From a virus (lineage: Duplodnaviria; Caudoviricetes), in IMG/VR virus record IMGVR_UViG_3300037566_000044, positions 1 through 62,872 of that record: DNA of 62,872 nt. One strand, 5' to 3'. The stretch's first letter is position 1. Each line of letters starts with the position of its first letter. Below the pieces are notes generated by a model. The model did not search any database. It was not told where the DNA came from and worked only from the letters and a program-made list of their open reading frames with translations. Shown here in pieces: positions 37,001 through 47,253 of this stretch. The position numbers were made by a program, and so were the translations under genes.

Positions 37001-38572
37001 AACGTCCCGGATCACGTCATTCAGGCCGCGCTTCAGGGCTCGCAGGGCATCAATGCAAATGCCGGCACGCTTCCGGCACTGCCTAGCCTGGTGAGCGATC
37101 GCCAGGCGCGCACCGAAGAGCTCCGCACTCAGGCGGAGGAGGTGCGAAAACAAGAAGAGGCGAACCGTGAGCTGGAATTCCAGCTTGCGCGCAAGAAAGA
37201 GCTGGAACGCCTGATGGCGGAGAAGTCCGGCTCCAGCATTGCGCTCGATGAAGGGGCTGGCAAAAACTTCTCGTCGGTTGTCGAGAAGATCCAAACCGGT
37301 CGCCTTGGTGGCAGCCGCGACATCAATGCTGCGGAATATGCCGAGATCCTGAAGATCGCCAAGGAGCTGGACGAGACCGATAAGCGCATGGCCGAGCGCA
37401 AGAAGGCCGAGCGTCAGTCCACTGAACAGCTCAAAACGCTGGAAGAGCAGCGCGCCGATATCGCAACGCGGATCGCCGAAGAGCAGGAGCGGGTCAAAGA
37501 TCCGAACTATGTTGGCCAGAGCAACGAACTGCGCCGGCTGATCGAGGATCTGGATCAGTATGTCGACCGGGTTCGGACTGCTTACGGTGCAGACAGCGCG
37601 GCCTATGCAGAGGCGCAGCGCTATCGCAAGCAACTGATCGGTCAGCAGAAAGCTCTTGATGCGACCCAGCGCCAGGCCGGGATCGCCAATGAGGTGCGCG
37701 ACATTCAGGAAGGCCTGATGACGCAGAACCAGCTCCGGCTGACCCAGATGAAGCGCGACCTTGCACGGATCGATGACTGGGTTGCGGCTGCGCGTGCAGC
37801 AGGGCTCAGCGAAGTTGAGATCGTGCGCCAGGCGGAAGAAGCAAAGGAAGCCATCCGGGCCAAATACGGCGCGGAAATGAACCCCGTCATGCAGCAGATG
37901 GAGGAGTGGAAAGACTTCTCCGGCAACATGATGCAGGAGGCGACCAACTGGACCGGCACATTGTCGTCGGGCGTAACCAGCCTGATCACCGGAACGGGTG
38001 ATCTGCGCAGCGTCTTTGGCGGCCTGGTGAACGACATGCTGAGCGCCGTGGTCAGCAACCAGTTCAACTTCCTGTTCTCCTCGATGGCTGGCGGCAAGGC
38101 TGCAAGCGGCGCTGCGGCGGCCGGGAGTAAAGGGTCAAAGGCAGCCGGCGGCGCAAAGATGGCTGCTCCGATCCGACACACAGGCGGCATGGCCAACTAT
38201 CGTGGCGCGCGTCGCATGGTATCGGCCAGCACCTTCGCAAATGCACCGCGCTTCCATACTGGCGGCATCGCAGGTGCGCCGAAGCTGAAACCGAATGAAG
38301 TGCCGATCATCGCTGAGAAGGATGAAGGCATCTTCACCAAGGAGCAGATGGCGTCCCTGGCACCGGTTGGCACGGGTGGAATGGGTCCGGTGACGATCAA
38401 CGCGCCTGTCACGGTCAGCGGATCGAGTGGCACTGCTCAGCAGAACGCGGATCTGGCCGAACGCATGGCCAAGGAGATGGAAAGCACGATGCGCGGCGTG
38501 GTTGTTGATGAGCTTCGGAAGCAAGGCCGCCCGGGCAACATGATGAACAACAGACGGCAGGGGGCTCGCTAA
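34064..38572 (+). CDS. Tail tape measure protein with an internal lysozyme-like domain
   Basis: QM..KG..Q.EE...QL.E tape-measure motif; ES...SSALGRYQIV..TL...EWAGL; FHTGG. Confidence 0.92.
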   Translation: MSGIRVELQLKDGSFTTGMLRAGQSVSSFRKELSRVDPHFRKLDASGKGVVKTVRKADVVSRDFLSTLRDVSIVSGAVTLAFRGITGTAGGLVGSITQVNAEIERLKYQMLGMSTSAEPMREAAASVEYLRQKALQVPFSLNELATSFVKLKATGTDPMAGSLQAVADGIAAFGGTDEQLHRVTLGLVQMSGKGVIQMEEMRQQLGESMPNAMRIMARSMGVSVAELTQAISTGRVEAGAALQAFYAELERTYGGEAQRMMETFSGQVSQLKANLQLLATGEGMKGFFEEQKAGLMEINDFLKSDEAKKFAKEIGEALTAMVRGIRVATKTIYEFREEIGMVISVVAGGVALRTFGRMAASMATSVRFATMALTGLGTEMSRARRMTALGLTGMKTFGVTARTTGLAVGGLRAAVVGFGSAVTAAAPWIAIIGTAIALAADKMGMLSDKTDEAYESLRKYGAESQEQAQSVLAAKELELRRKLNDAENSFFIGSKESRRARKNALIEARRAELEEFIKERDRILANSEEDSTQHSIQQYERELAGKLRVHNEDYRQRQVVLDQQRDQELARTAETGKKSYQITDEFQKKTLENRKERSEAIIETIDDELARLKALQADTTHEDKARDLGRLIDFLNGKRVEAAEQARANGEFGITFTANVEKEEDKIKRGSKLLQNLQAKVKGLSAEMAGAGSEYAKLSFQIARGDYGSIEQGGDAVRELHEALREAVAQKEALDALMEGDRKASSEIESLRLRVLERERELRAELANGEMTDAEKFLFRLNDGAYKGLGPLENIQSDIEGVGTAMRDDAFGQGTLSAIEKVKRALAGVRDIVTGIKTAASGGMGFASAALGSFATGNMRDLIASVESSKDGYNATLDNGRWTGGSQNLTSMTLNEILALQKQMLANPENRALYGDGLGSSALGRYQIVSKTLRGLIKEMGLSGNELFDQGMQDAMADRLLARRGGNLVGLRQEWAGLKNVPDHVIQAALQGSQGINANAGTLPALPSLVSDRQARTEELRTQAEEVRKQEEANRELEFQLARKKELERLMAEKSGSSIALDEGAGKNFSSVVEKIQTGRLGGSRDINAAEYAEILKIAKELDETDKRMAERKKAERQSTEQLKTLEEQRADIATRIAEEQERVKDPNYVGQSNELRRLIEDLDQYVDRVRTAYGADSAAYAEAQRYRKQLIGQQKALDATQRQAGIANEVRDIQEGLMTQNQLRLTQMKRDLARIDDWVAAARAAGLSEVEIVRQAEEAKEAIRAKYGAEMNPVMQQMEEWKDFSGNMMQEATNWTGTLSSGVTSLITGTGDLRSVFGGLVNDMLSAVVSNQFNFLFSSMAGGKAASGAAAAGSKGSKAAGGAKMAAPIRHTGGMANYRGARRMVSASTFANAPRFHTGGIAGAPKLKPNEVPIIAEKDEGIFTKEQMASLAPVGTGGMGPVTINAPVTVSGSSGTAQQNADLAERMAKEMESTMRGVVVDELRKQGRPGNMMNNRRQGAR

Positions 38573-38922
38573 TGCCTTTGGTGACATTTTCTCCTTCGAT
38601 CGCGCCCTCTCCGGGCACCAAGATCAATCCGAAGGTCAACCTCTTCGAGGCAGAGTTCGGCGACGGATATACCCAGTCCGCGCCGAACGGCCTGAACCAT
38701 ATCAAGCGTGAGATCACGCTGACCTGGACAGGTCTGACCGAGGCTCAATACCAGGAGCTCGACGGCTTCTTCTTTGGTCGTGGCGGCTACCGGCCGTTCT
38801 ACTATCAGCCGCGCGGTTTCTCGACGCCGTTGAAGTGGACCTGCAAGGAGTGGTCCGGCACAGATCGCACGCCCTGGAGCTTCGAGGCCAAGCTGGTCGA
38901 GCACTTCACCACCGAGACTTGA
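38572..38922 (+). CDS. Distal tail protein (lambda gpM-like)
   Basis: FGDGY.Q....GLN motif. Confidence 0.85.
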   Translation: MPLVTFSPSIAPSPGTKINPKVNLFEAEFGDGYTQSAPNGLNHIKREITLTWTGLTEAQYQELDGFFFGRGGYRPFYYQPRGFSTPLKWTCKEWSGTDRTPWSFEAKLVEHFTTET

Positions 38923-38980
38923 TGGATTTTGGCCTTCCCTTTTTGTAAGTAAGCTGTTACTTATTATTCAAGAGGTGCCA

Positions 38981-39697
38981 ATGTCCATTAAGCAGGAAGT
39001 CCAAAAGCTCGCCCCGACTGCGATTGTCAGTCTGTTAACGCTGGATACGACCAGCATGGGCGGCCCTGTTATGCGTTTCGTTCAGTCCAAGAAGACGAAT
39101 GATCAACCCATCGTCTTCTCTGGCCTGACCTACGAACCCGTCGATGTGAAATTCGAAGGTCTGGAGACCAGCGGGGTAGGGGCCATGCCGACCCCGCAGA
39201 TCAAGCTGGCCAACACAAACGGCGTGATCCAGGCACTTGTGAACAGCTACGGCGACCTGAACGGCGCAAAGCTCATGCGTGTCCGGACCTTCGCGCGCTT
39301 CCTCGATGGTGAGCCCGAAGCTGATCCGAACGCATTCTTCGGTCCCGACCAATACCGCATTGAGCGCAAGACCGATGACAACCCTGAATTCATCCAGTGG
39401 GAACTGTCCACGGCGATTGACCAGGAAGGCACGATGATCCCGGGCCGGGTCATCATCAAGAACACCTGCCTGTGGCGCTACCGCTTCTGGGACAAGACCA
39501 AGAATGCTGGTGCCGGCGGCTTCGACTACTCCAAGGCGCAATGTCCTTACACCGGGTCGCAAGCCTACGACATCAACGACCAGCCCGTTTCCAATGAACT
39601 CGACAAGCCGTCGCGCACGCTGAACTGCTGCCGCGTCCGGTTTGGCGCCGATCAACCTCTGCCCTACGGCGGATTTTTGGGAGTGCCTGATCAATGA
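38981..39697 (+). CDS. Tail tip protein (lambda gpL-like)
   Basis: T.A.FLD...ADP; C.W.Y...C.Y.G...C..RFG. Confidence 0.9.
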   Translation: MSIKQEVQKLAPTAIVSLLTLDTTSMGGPVMRFVQSKKTNDQPIVFSGLTYEPVDVKFEGLETSGVGAMPTPQIKLANTNGVIQALVNSYGDLNGAKLMRVRTFARFLDGEPEADPNAFFGPDQYRIERKTDDNPEFIQWELSTAIDQEGTMIPGRVIIKNTCLWRYRFWDKTKNAGAGGFDYSKAQCPYTGSQAYDINDQPVSNELDKPSRTLNCCRVRFGADQPLPYGGFLGVPDQ

Positions 39698-40497
39698 CCC
39701 AGAGCTTTGAGACCGCCTACGCAGCCGCAAAAGAGCACGCACGCAAGGTTTTCCCCGAGGAGAGCTGCGGCTTTGTCGTCGATGGCGAATACATCCCTGT
39801 TCAGAACCAGGCGGCCGATCCCGCGGTTCATGATGAAGAGAGCAACACCTGCCCCTGTCGGCTGTGCTCCTTCAAGATTTCCAGCGCAGACCGGGCCAAG
39901 TATCTTGGTTCGGCTCAGATGATCCTCCACTCGCACCCCAATGGCCCGGTGTTCCCCTCCCGCCCGGACATGGAAGGTCAGATCGCAACCGCGGTGCCGT
40001 GGGGGATCATCGCGCTGGATGAAGAACGCATTGGCGAGCCTGAGATCTGGGGCGACCAGCTGCCGGTTTCTCCGCTGCTGGGCCGCAGCTTCATGCACGG
40101 CATTCGGGACTGCTACTCGCTGATCCGCGACACCTTCCGGCTCGGCCGCGAAGGGCTTGCAGAGCAAGATATCACGCAGAACTGGCCGCTCGATCCGATC
40201 CTCCTGAAAGACGTGCCGCGCGATGACGCCTGGTGGGACCAGGCTGATGACTTCTATGGCCTGCTGCCGCCGTCTTACGGCTGGAAAGAGATCAAGATGG
40301 AAGAGGCCATGCCCGGCGATGTCTTCCTGATCAAAATCCGGTCGCAGAAATTCAACCACGCTGGCGTGCTGGTCGATCAGGATCTGATCATGCACCACCT
40401 GCCCGAGCGCTTCTCGCGTCGTGAACCTGCTGGCCTCTGGGCGCGGCAGGCGGGTCGCTGGCTGCGCTACACTGGCGAGGTCACTGCTGATGCGTAA
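39694..40497 (+). CDS. Tail tip assembly protein (gpK-like; JAB plus NlpC/P60)
   Basis: ESCG, HSHP...S..D, DC..L.RD, NHAG. Confidence 0.9.
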   Translation: MTQSFETAYAAAKEHARKVFPEESCGFVVDGEYIPVQNQAADPAVHDEESNTCPCRLCSFKISSADRAKYLGSAQMILHSHPNGPVFPSRPDMEGQIATAVPWGIIALDEERIGEPEIWGDQLPVSPLLGRSFMHGIRDCYSLIRDTFRLGREGLAEQDITQNWPLDPILLKDVPRDDAWWDQADDFYGLLPPSYGWKEIKMEEAMPGDVFLIKIRSQKFNHAGVLVDQDLIMHHLPERFSRREPAGLWARQAGRWLRYTGEVTADA

Positions 40498-41173
40498 GAT
40501 CCATCTGCACGGTGCGCTCGCCAAGCATGGCGAGGTGCTGGAGCTCGACGTTCAGACGGCAGGCGAAGCGGTTGTGGCAATCGCTGCCAACTTCCCTGAC
40601 TTCCTCGAAGATCTTCGGGTCGGCTCCTGGGTCGTTATGCGTGGTGATCCGGATACCGGCATCTGCCTTGATGAGGAGATGATCCCGCATCTGCGTCTGG
40701 GTGAAGCGGATCTGCACATCATGCCCGAAGTGATGGGTGCGAAACGAGGCGGTATTCTGAAGGCCGTTTTGGGTGTCGCCCTGATCGCCGTGTCTTTTGG
40801 CTCGGCTGCGTTCCTGGCTGCGCCGATCAGCACAACCTTGCTGGGCGCGACCACCTGGGGCAACGCCATTGGTCAGCTTGGCCTGGCAATGACGCTCGCC
40901 GGGGTTGCCACGATGCTGGCGCCGGAAACCGAGAGCACCGGCGAAGAAGACAGCAACAAATCCTACACCCTGTCCGGACCTCAATCGACGATGGGGCAGG
41001 GCCACGGCATTCAGATCGTCTACGGCGGCCCGGTCATTACCGGCGGCATGATGATCTCCGGCGGCATGGATGCAAACGGCCTCAAGTCTGTGAAGCAGAA
41101 GCCCAAGACCCAGCCCACCGTGAGCACCGTTCTACTCAACCCCTTCAATGATGATGACAACGAGAACCGATGA
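40490..41173 (+). CDS. Tail assembly protein (gpI-like)
   Basis: I.L.G.L...QG....I.YG motif; start at 40490. Confidence 0.85.
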   Translation: MRKIHLHGALAKHGEVLELDVQTAGEAVVAIAANFPDFLEDLRVGSWVVMRGDPDTGICLDEEMIPHLRLGEADLHIMPEVMGAKRGGILKAVLGVALIAVSFGSAAFLAAPISTTLLGATTWGNAIGQLGLAMTLAGVATMLAPETESTGEEDSNKSYTLSGPQSTMGQGHGIQIVYGGPVITGGMMISGGMDANGLKSVKQKPKTQPTVSTVLLNPFNDDDNENR

Positions 41174-44100
41174 AAGACCATATTGACGAAATCGTCGGTC
41201 GCGGTGGCGGCGGCAAGAAAGGTGGCGGTGGAGAATCCGCTGAAAACACGCTGCGCTCCAGCGCAACGGCGCGCATTGTTGAGGCGATCTCGGAAGGTCC
41301 GATCGTTGGTCTCATCGATGGGTCGAAGTCTGTCTTTCTGGACGAAACCCCTCTGCGGAACGAATTCAACGGCTGGAACTTCAAAAACGTCTCTTGGCAG
41401 CAGCGTCGCGGCACGCCCGATCAGACCCATGTAAACGGTCATGGCGGCGTTGAGTCGCTTGAGACGGTTGAGGTCGAGGTCAAAAAGGCCACGGGCGATG
41501 TGACGCGCACCATCAATGATCCGAACGCGGATGCTGTCCGGGTGGTGATCCGGGTCGACTCCCTGTTCAAGATCGATGACGAAGGCAAGGCCCAGGTCAA
41601 TACCCTGCGCTACAGAATTCATGTGCGGCCTTTTGGCGGCGCCTGGACAACTGCCGTTTACCAGAAGCTGGACCGGGAAAAGACCACGTCCGCCGTTCAG
41701 ATGGCGCACCGGATCGAACTGCCGCTTGGTGGCCATCCTTGGGATATCCGGGTTGAACGGGTTTCCTCGGATAGCACCGACGACAAGGATCAGAAATCCT
41801 TTACCTTTGAGAGCTTCACAACGCTGGTAGAAGGTCGCTTCACCTATCCGCACACCGCGCTTATCGCAATGAAGGTGGATGCGGAGACGGTTGGCTCGAC
41901 CATCCCGCAACGCGCCTATGAAGTGATGGGTCGCATCATCTCGGTGCCGAGCAACTACGACAGCGAAGGCTCGCGCGCCTATACCGGCGTCTGGGATGGC
42001 ACATTCAAGCAGGCCTGGACCAACAACCCGGCCTGGATCTTCTACGATCTGCTGGTCAACGACCGCTATGGTCTGGGTGAGTTCATTTCCGATGCCGAAG
42101 TCGCATCGTTGAAATGGAAGCTCTACACCATTGGTCAATATTGCGACCAGCTGGTGCCGTCGGGCTTCAAGGATGACAGCGCTCAAGACATCATGGAGCG
42201 CCGTTTCACCTTCAACGGTGTTATTCGGAACCGTCAGGAGGCCTATCACGTCCTGGCATCGATCACGACGGCATTCCGGGGCATGGGCTACTGGGCGCTC
42301 GGCCAGGTCTTTGCGACCGCCGACATGCCCGCCGATCCGGTCAAGCTGGTTACACCGGCCAACGTCATTGGCGGCCGCTTCAACTATTCCTCGACCGCAT
42401 CCAAGGCGCGTCACTCGGTTGCCATCGTCAAGTGGAACAACCCGGATCTGTTCTTCCGGACTGACACTGAGGTTGTTGTCAACGATGATGCCCTGCACAA
42501 GCTGGGCTGGCGCGAAAAGCGTCTGGATCTGCCGGGTTGCACCTCGCGCGGTCTGGCGCATCGCTACGGCAAATGGGCGCTCGATGTCGAGAACACGGAA
42601 ACGGAGACGGTCGAATACAAGGCCAGCTTCGATCATATGGACATCGTGCCGGGCGACATCATCTCGATTGCCGATCCGCGCAAGGCGTCGGTTCGCATGG
42701 GCGGTCGGATTGTCGCGCACACGGTTGTTGATGGCTCCACCGATGAGATCGAGCTGGATGCGGCTGTCGCATTCCAGAATGGCGAAACCTACAAGATCTG
42801 GCTGACCAAGCCCGATGGCACCCTGACAGAGTGTGACATCAGCTCCTACTCGCCGGACATGACGAAGGTGCAGATCGCCACCGAAGCCGTGCGTGCGGAG
42901 GCCGATACGGTTTTCGTCATCACCGCGTCCAATCTCAAGCCGCGCCAGTATCGCGTGCTGACGATCAACGAAGCCGAAGAGAATATCTTCCAGATCACAG
43001 CCCTGTTCCACGATCCGACCAAATACGCCCGGATCGAGCAGAATGTGAGCTTTGAACCGATCCCTTACAATGTCGATCTGTCGGCCCAGCCGGTGCAGAA
43101 CCTGACTGTCGATGAGATTGCCTATATCGACGAGAACGGTGTCGCGCGCACCAAGACGCGCCTGTCCTGGAGTGCGCCGAGCGGTGTCATTGTGCGTGAA
43201 TACGTGGTGCAGGCGGATACGCCGACTGACAAGCTGCAATTCATCACCTCGACCAAGAACACCACGGTTGATCTGACCGATCTGGATCGCGGCGATCATG
43301 TCTTCCACATCACCACGGTTGACCGTATGGGTCGCGTGTCCGTTGCGGCCTCGATCCCGCATACCGTAACCGTCTCGGACTCGATCTCGACCGGCGCGGT
43401 ATCGAACCTGAAGCTGACTGACAGCAATGGCTCGACCGAGTTCTTTGGTCGTGACGTGCGCGTGCAGTGGCAGAACCTTTACCCGAGCGTCTCCGGCGGC
43501 CCGGCAGACAAGGAAAATGCCGCGCTCTACGACTTCAACACCGTCAAGGTCTATGACCACGGTAGCAACACGTTGCTGCGCACCGAGATCGTGCGTGGCA
43601 ACACCTACACCTACAGCTTCGATTACAACCAGCGTGACTGCACGACGGCCGCCCTCTCCGTCGTTGCATCACGCAACCTGCGCTTCGAGGTCACCAATAC
43701 CTCGAAGCGCGCCAATGTCTCGCCGACAACGACCCTGACGGTCAGCAACCCTGTGCCTTCAGCGGTAGTGCCGGCGATCGCCAAGAGCGGCCACAACCTG
43801 AACATCTCGCTGCCGAGCACCGCAGATCCCGATATCCGCGGCATGAAGGTCTGGGTTGAAACCTCAAGCGGCTTTGATCCCAATGTGGCCACGCCGAAAT
43901 TCGACAGCACAGCCACGTTCGTCACCTGGCCGGGCCTGCCGAACACGACTTACCACATCCGGGCCGGTTACTATGACCACTTCGATGACACGGTAAGTCT
44001 GTCGGCGGAAATTTCGGTCACTACAGACAGCACGCTTGTTGGTGTGGCACCTGCAACGCCGACCGGGCTCGCCCTGAGCACCGAGCTGCTCGACAATGGC

Positions 44101-47100
44101 CGCTCGCGGATCACTGCAACCTGGGACGCCAACAGCGAGCCTTACCTGTCGCATTACGATCTGCTGGTTGCCGAGAATGGCGGCAATGAGATCGGTCACT
44201 CGACTGTAACCACCCAGTTTCAATGGGATGTGCTTCCGGGCGCATCGCTCAGCATCCGGGTGCGCGCGGTATCCGACACAAATAAGCCGTCGAGCTACAC
44301 GGCCGCTGTGGTTCAGTCTGCCGCGAAAGACAACATCGCTCCTGCGACACCGACGGGCCTGACCCTGACTGCTGGTCTGGGCACCATCTGGGCCGAATGG
44401 AATGCAAACGTAGAACCGGATCTGGATCACTACGAGGTGTCCATTTTGGACACCAATGCAAATCCCGAGCGCCTGGATATTCCGGCCACGTTTGATGAGG
44501 GCAAGGAACAGTGGCGAGAGGCGGGCGTAACCAGCCTGTCGATCACCACCAAGCCGGGCGGGACGATCACCGACCTTCCGGAAGGCAAGTCTCTGCGCCT
44601 GTCGAGCCAGAAGATCATCCTGTCATCGGCAACTGCTCTCCCTGTTGACACGACGCGCAGCTACCGGATCACGATCCGACACCGCCTGACTACCGCGCAT
44701 TCGGTGAATGGAATGGGGCGGATCGTGCCGATCGTTGGTTACTATGACGCCGCCGGCACGCGCATCACGCCGTTCGATCAGATCCAGATCACCGACAACA
44801 TCGCTCAATCTGCCGACTTCATCGATTACTCGGTGGATTACACACCGCTTGCCACGCATAGCAGCCAGGCAACCGTGAGCTGGAAACCTGCCTTCCATCT
44901 GGGCATGGACAGCGGCACATGGGATGCCGGTGATGGCGTTGTGGACATTCTGTCCTTCAAGATCGAAGACATCACCAGCGGCCAGATCATTCTGGATGTG
45001 CCTGGCACCGCCCTCGTGCGCTCGGGCCTGCCGAATGCAACCGAGAAGTTCTTCAGCGTGCGCGCGGTCGACACCTCCGGGAATGCCTCGAACTGGACGC
45101 CTCTGGTCGCGGCCACCACCGATGACGAGATTTCGGCTATTCCGCCGGATGGCTCGATCACTGAGGTTAAGATTGCCAGTGACGCAATCACGGCTCCGAA
45201 GCTTGCAGCTGGTGCGGTTACTGCGTCGAAACTGACATCCGGTGAGCTGATCACCCTGTCGGCTCAGATCAAAGATGCGATCATCACCAATGCCAAGATC
45301 GCCAGCCTGTCGGCGGCCAAGCTGCAAGCTGGAACAGCTCTGACAAGCTCGCTGACGGTTGATGGCACTGCGCTGAGCACAGTCGGTCAACGTGCGGCCG
45401 ATCCCGCTGCGCGGATCAACGGTGTTGCGACCCAGATCGATCCGGGCAAGATCCTGATCTCGGGCAGCACTTCGCTGGCGGACTGGCGTGATGGTGGTGA
45501 TGCAACCAAGATCGATGGCGGCAATATCAGCGCCAACTCGATCACGGCGAACCAGCTTTCGGTTGGTCTGCGTGGCTTCCGGATGGCCGGAATTGCCTTT
45601 GAGGCCAATGCGCCGGTAGACAATGATGTGTCCTGGACGGCGGGCGAGATCCACCGCACCAAAAACGATGGCACGCAGCACATCAACAATATCTCGGCTG
45701 GGTCTGCGAGCTGGACCGCAGGAAACCTGTTTGTTTACTGGAACCTGACCTACCCGAATATCCTGCAGGCGACGACGGACCCGTTGGTGGCCTATGGCGA
45801 TGAAACGGTTGTGGTTGCTATCTACAATGGCGGCACCAATCTGACCACGGATGTCGGCCGCACAATCATCGATGGCGCGTTCCTAAAAACAGAAACCATC
45901 GAGGCGCAGCATATCGTGCTGAAGTCGATCACTGGTGATCAGATCGCAAACACCACCATTGACGGCGGCATGATTGTCACGGAGTCGATCGGTTCAACTG
46001 AGATTGCCGCACAAGCGATTGAAGCCGACAAGATCAACGCCGAGGCTGTCACCGCCGACAAGATTGCGGCGGATGCGATCAACGCTTCGCACATCGCTGC
46101 TGGCGAGGTCACGGCCTCGAAGATCACCGTGGATGAAACCCTGGACATCGATGCTCAGGATGCCGGCTTCCGCATGGACAAGCAAAACGTCGCGGACTTT
46201 GCGAATGACGGCGTTTACATGGGGCGTCACCTCGATGGTGGGAACAATCCGTCCTTCGGCTTCTTCATGGGCAGCACCGTCAACGGTGTGGAGCAATATG
46301 TCCGCCTAACCAAGGAAGACGGCCTGAAGATCAAGAATGCCGAATACCTGATCGGGTCCGGTATTCACTCCGATACCACCTACACGTCGAGCCAGACAGT
46401 CTCCCTGGCCGGTAAGAAAACCTTCTCGGCACAGCTTTACGGTGGTGGCGGCGGTGGTCGCGGCGGCACGGCCTACAACAGCGCTGGTGGTAATAACGGC
46501 GGCAATGGTGGAAACACCGTCCTTCAGCTCTATGACGGGGCGGTTCTGAAAGCCACCTGGACTGCGAACGGCGGCGCTGGCGGCTCGTCCACCCACAGCT
46601 CGTCCCAGTCGGGCCAGACCTCGTCGTTTAGCCCCTATGGTAACTCCGGCGGCGGCGGCTCAAGAGGTTCGCGGAAACAGCGGACCTGGAATGACCGGCA
46701 GGCCTCCTGGGGAAGCTGGCTCTGGACCTACGGTAAGTATGGTGACAACGGTATCAAAGGTGGCACTAAGACCATCTCCAACTATGATATTTCCAGCTTT
46801 GCTGATCCCAAGATCGTTGTCACGGTTGGTGGCGGCGGTGCTGGTGGTGCCGGTGGCGGATCAAACGGTGGGGGAACGACAACCGGCTTTAGCACCGTTC
46901 AGTATCAAAACTACAAGGGCGGCAACGGCGCGTCTGGTAGCGCTGGTGCGGTAAAAGTTCAGACCTCCGCTGATACGTTCCAGGCTGCCGGGCCTATCGC
47001 TGTCAACCCGACTGCGAACGGCACATTTGCTTCAGGCACCGGCGTCAAGAACTTCCCGAGCATTCTGCCGGGGCGTGGCTTCTGGACGATCATTTGCTTT

Positions 47101-47244
47101 GGTTCGAACATCACGATCAATCCGGGCGCCAATTGGGTCACTGCAAAGGCTGGTCAATCCACGTCGTTCTTCTCCCAAAACACGCCGATAATCCAATCAA
47201 GCAGCGCCAACTCGACTGTTTACTACACCTTCAGAGCGATGTGA
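41170..47244 (+). CDS. Central tail fibre / host specificity protein (gpJ-like) with FN3 repeats and a Gly-rich C-terminus
   Basis: ISEGPI.GL, YP.TA, WDGTFK.AW.NNPAW motifs. Confidence 0.92.
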   Translation: MKDHIDEIVGRGGGGKKGGGGESAENTLRSSATARIVEAISEGPIVGLIDGSKSVFLDETPLRNEFNGWNFKNVSWQQRRGTPDQTHVNGHGGVESLETVEVEVKKATGDVTRTINDPNADAVRVVIRVDSLFKIDDEGKAQVNTLRYRIHVRPFGGAWTTAVYQKLDREKTTSAVQMAHRIELPLGGHPWDIRVERVSSDSTDDKDQKSFTFESFTTLVEGRFTYPHTALIAMKVDAETVGSTIPQRAYEVMGRIISVPSNYDSEGSRAYTGVWDGTFKQAWTNNPAWIFYDLLVNDRYGLGEFISDAEVASLKWKLYTIGQYCDQLVPSGFKDDSAQDIMERRFTFNGVIRNRQEAYHVLASITTAFRGMGYWALGQVFATADMPADPVKLVTPANVIGGRFNYSSTASKARHSVAIVKWNNPDLFFRTDTEVVVNDDALHKLGWREKRLDLPGCTSRGLAHRYGKWALDVENTETETVEYKASFDHMDIVPGDIISIADPRKASVRMGGRIVAHTVVDGSTDEIELDAAVAFQNGETYKIWLTKPDGTLTECDISSYSPDMTKVQIATEAVRAEADTVFVITASNLKPRQYRVLTINEAEENIFQITALFHDPTKYARIEQNVSFEPIPYNVDLSAQPVQNLTVDEIAYIDENGVARTKTRLSWSAPSGVIVREYVVQADTPTDKLQFITSTKNTTVDLTDLDRGDHVFHITTVDRMGRVSVAASIPHTVTVSDSISTGAVSNLKLTDSNGSTEFFGRDVRVQWQNLYPSVSGGPADKENAALYDFNTVKVYDHGSNTLLRTEIVRGNTYTYSFDYNQRDCTTAALSVVASRNLRFEVTNTSKRANVSPTTTLTVSNPVPSAVVPAIAKSGHNLNISLPSTADPDIRGMKVWVETSSGFDPNVATPKFDSTATFVTWPGLPNTTYHIRAGYYDHFDDTVSLSAEISVTTDSTLVGVAPATPTGLALSTELLDNGRSRITATWDANSEPYLSHYDLLVAENGGNEIGHSTVTTQFQWDVLPGASLSIRVRAVSDTNKPSSYTAAVVQSAAKDNIAPATPTGLTLTAGLGTIWAEWNANVEPDLDHYEVSILDTNANPERLDIPATFDEGKEQWREAGVTSLSITTKPGGTITDLPEGKSLRLSSQKIILSSATALPVDTTRSYRITIRHRLTTAHSVNGMGRIVPIVGYYDAAGTRITPFDQIQITDNIAQSADFIDYSVDYTPLATHSSQATVSWKPAFHLGMDSGTWDAGDGVVDILSFKIEDITSGQIILDVPGTALVRSGLPNATEKFFSVRAVDTSGNASNWTPLVAATTDDEISAIPPDGSITEVKIASDAITAPKLAAGAVTASKLTSGELITLSAQIKDAIITNAKIASLSAAKLQAGTALTSSLTVDGTALSTVGQRAADPAARINGVATQIDPGKILISGSTSLADWRDGGDATKIDGGNISANSITANQLSVGLRGFRMAGIAFEANAPVDNDVSWTAGEIHRTKNDGTQHINNISAGSASWTAGNLFVYWNLTYPNILQATTDPLVAYGDETVVVAIYNGGTNLTTDVGRTIIDGAFLKTETIEAQHIVLKSITGDQIANTTIDGGMIVTESIGSTEIAAQAIEADKINAEAVTADKIAADAINASHIAAGEVTASKITVDETLDIDAQDAGFRMDKQNVADFANDGVYMGRHLDGGNNPSFGFFMGSTVNGVEQYVRLTKEDGLKIKNAEYLIGSGIHSDTTYTSSQTVSLAGKKTFSAQLYGGGGGGRGGTAYNSAGGNNGGNGGNTVLQLYDGAVLKATWTANGGAGGSSTHSSSQSGQTSSFSPYGNSGGGGSRGSRKQRTWNDRQASWGSWLWTYGKYGDNGIKGGTKTISNYDISSFADPKIVVTVGGGGAGGAGGGSNGGGTTTGFSTVQYQNYKGGNGASGSAGAVKVQTSADTFQAAGPIAVNPTANGTFASGTGVKNFPSILPGRGFWTIICFGSNITINPGANWVTAKAGQSTSFFSQNTPIIQSSSANSTVYYTFRAM

Positions 47245-47253
47245 GGAAACATC

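Noticed and set aside
41020-43560. Long antisense ORFs (846 aa here; also 35855-37633, 24620-25729, 22400-23500)
   Set aside because: Shadow ORFs of GC-rich genes with no motifs or RBS
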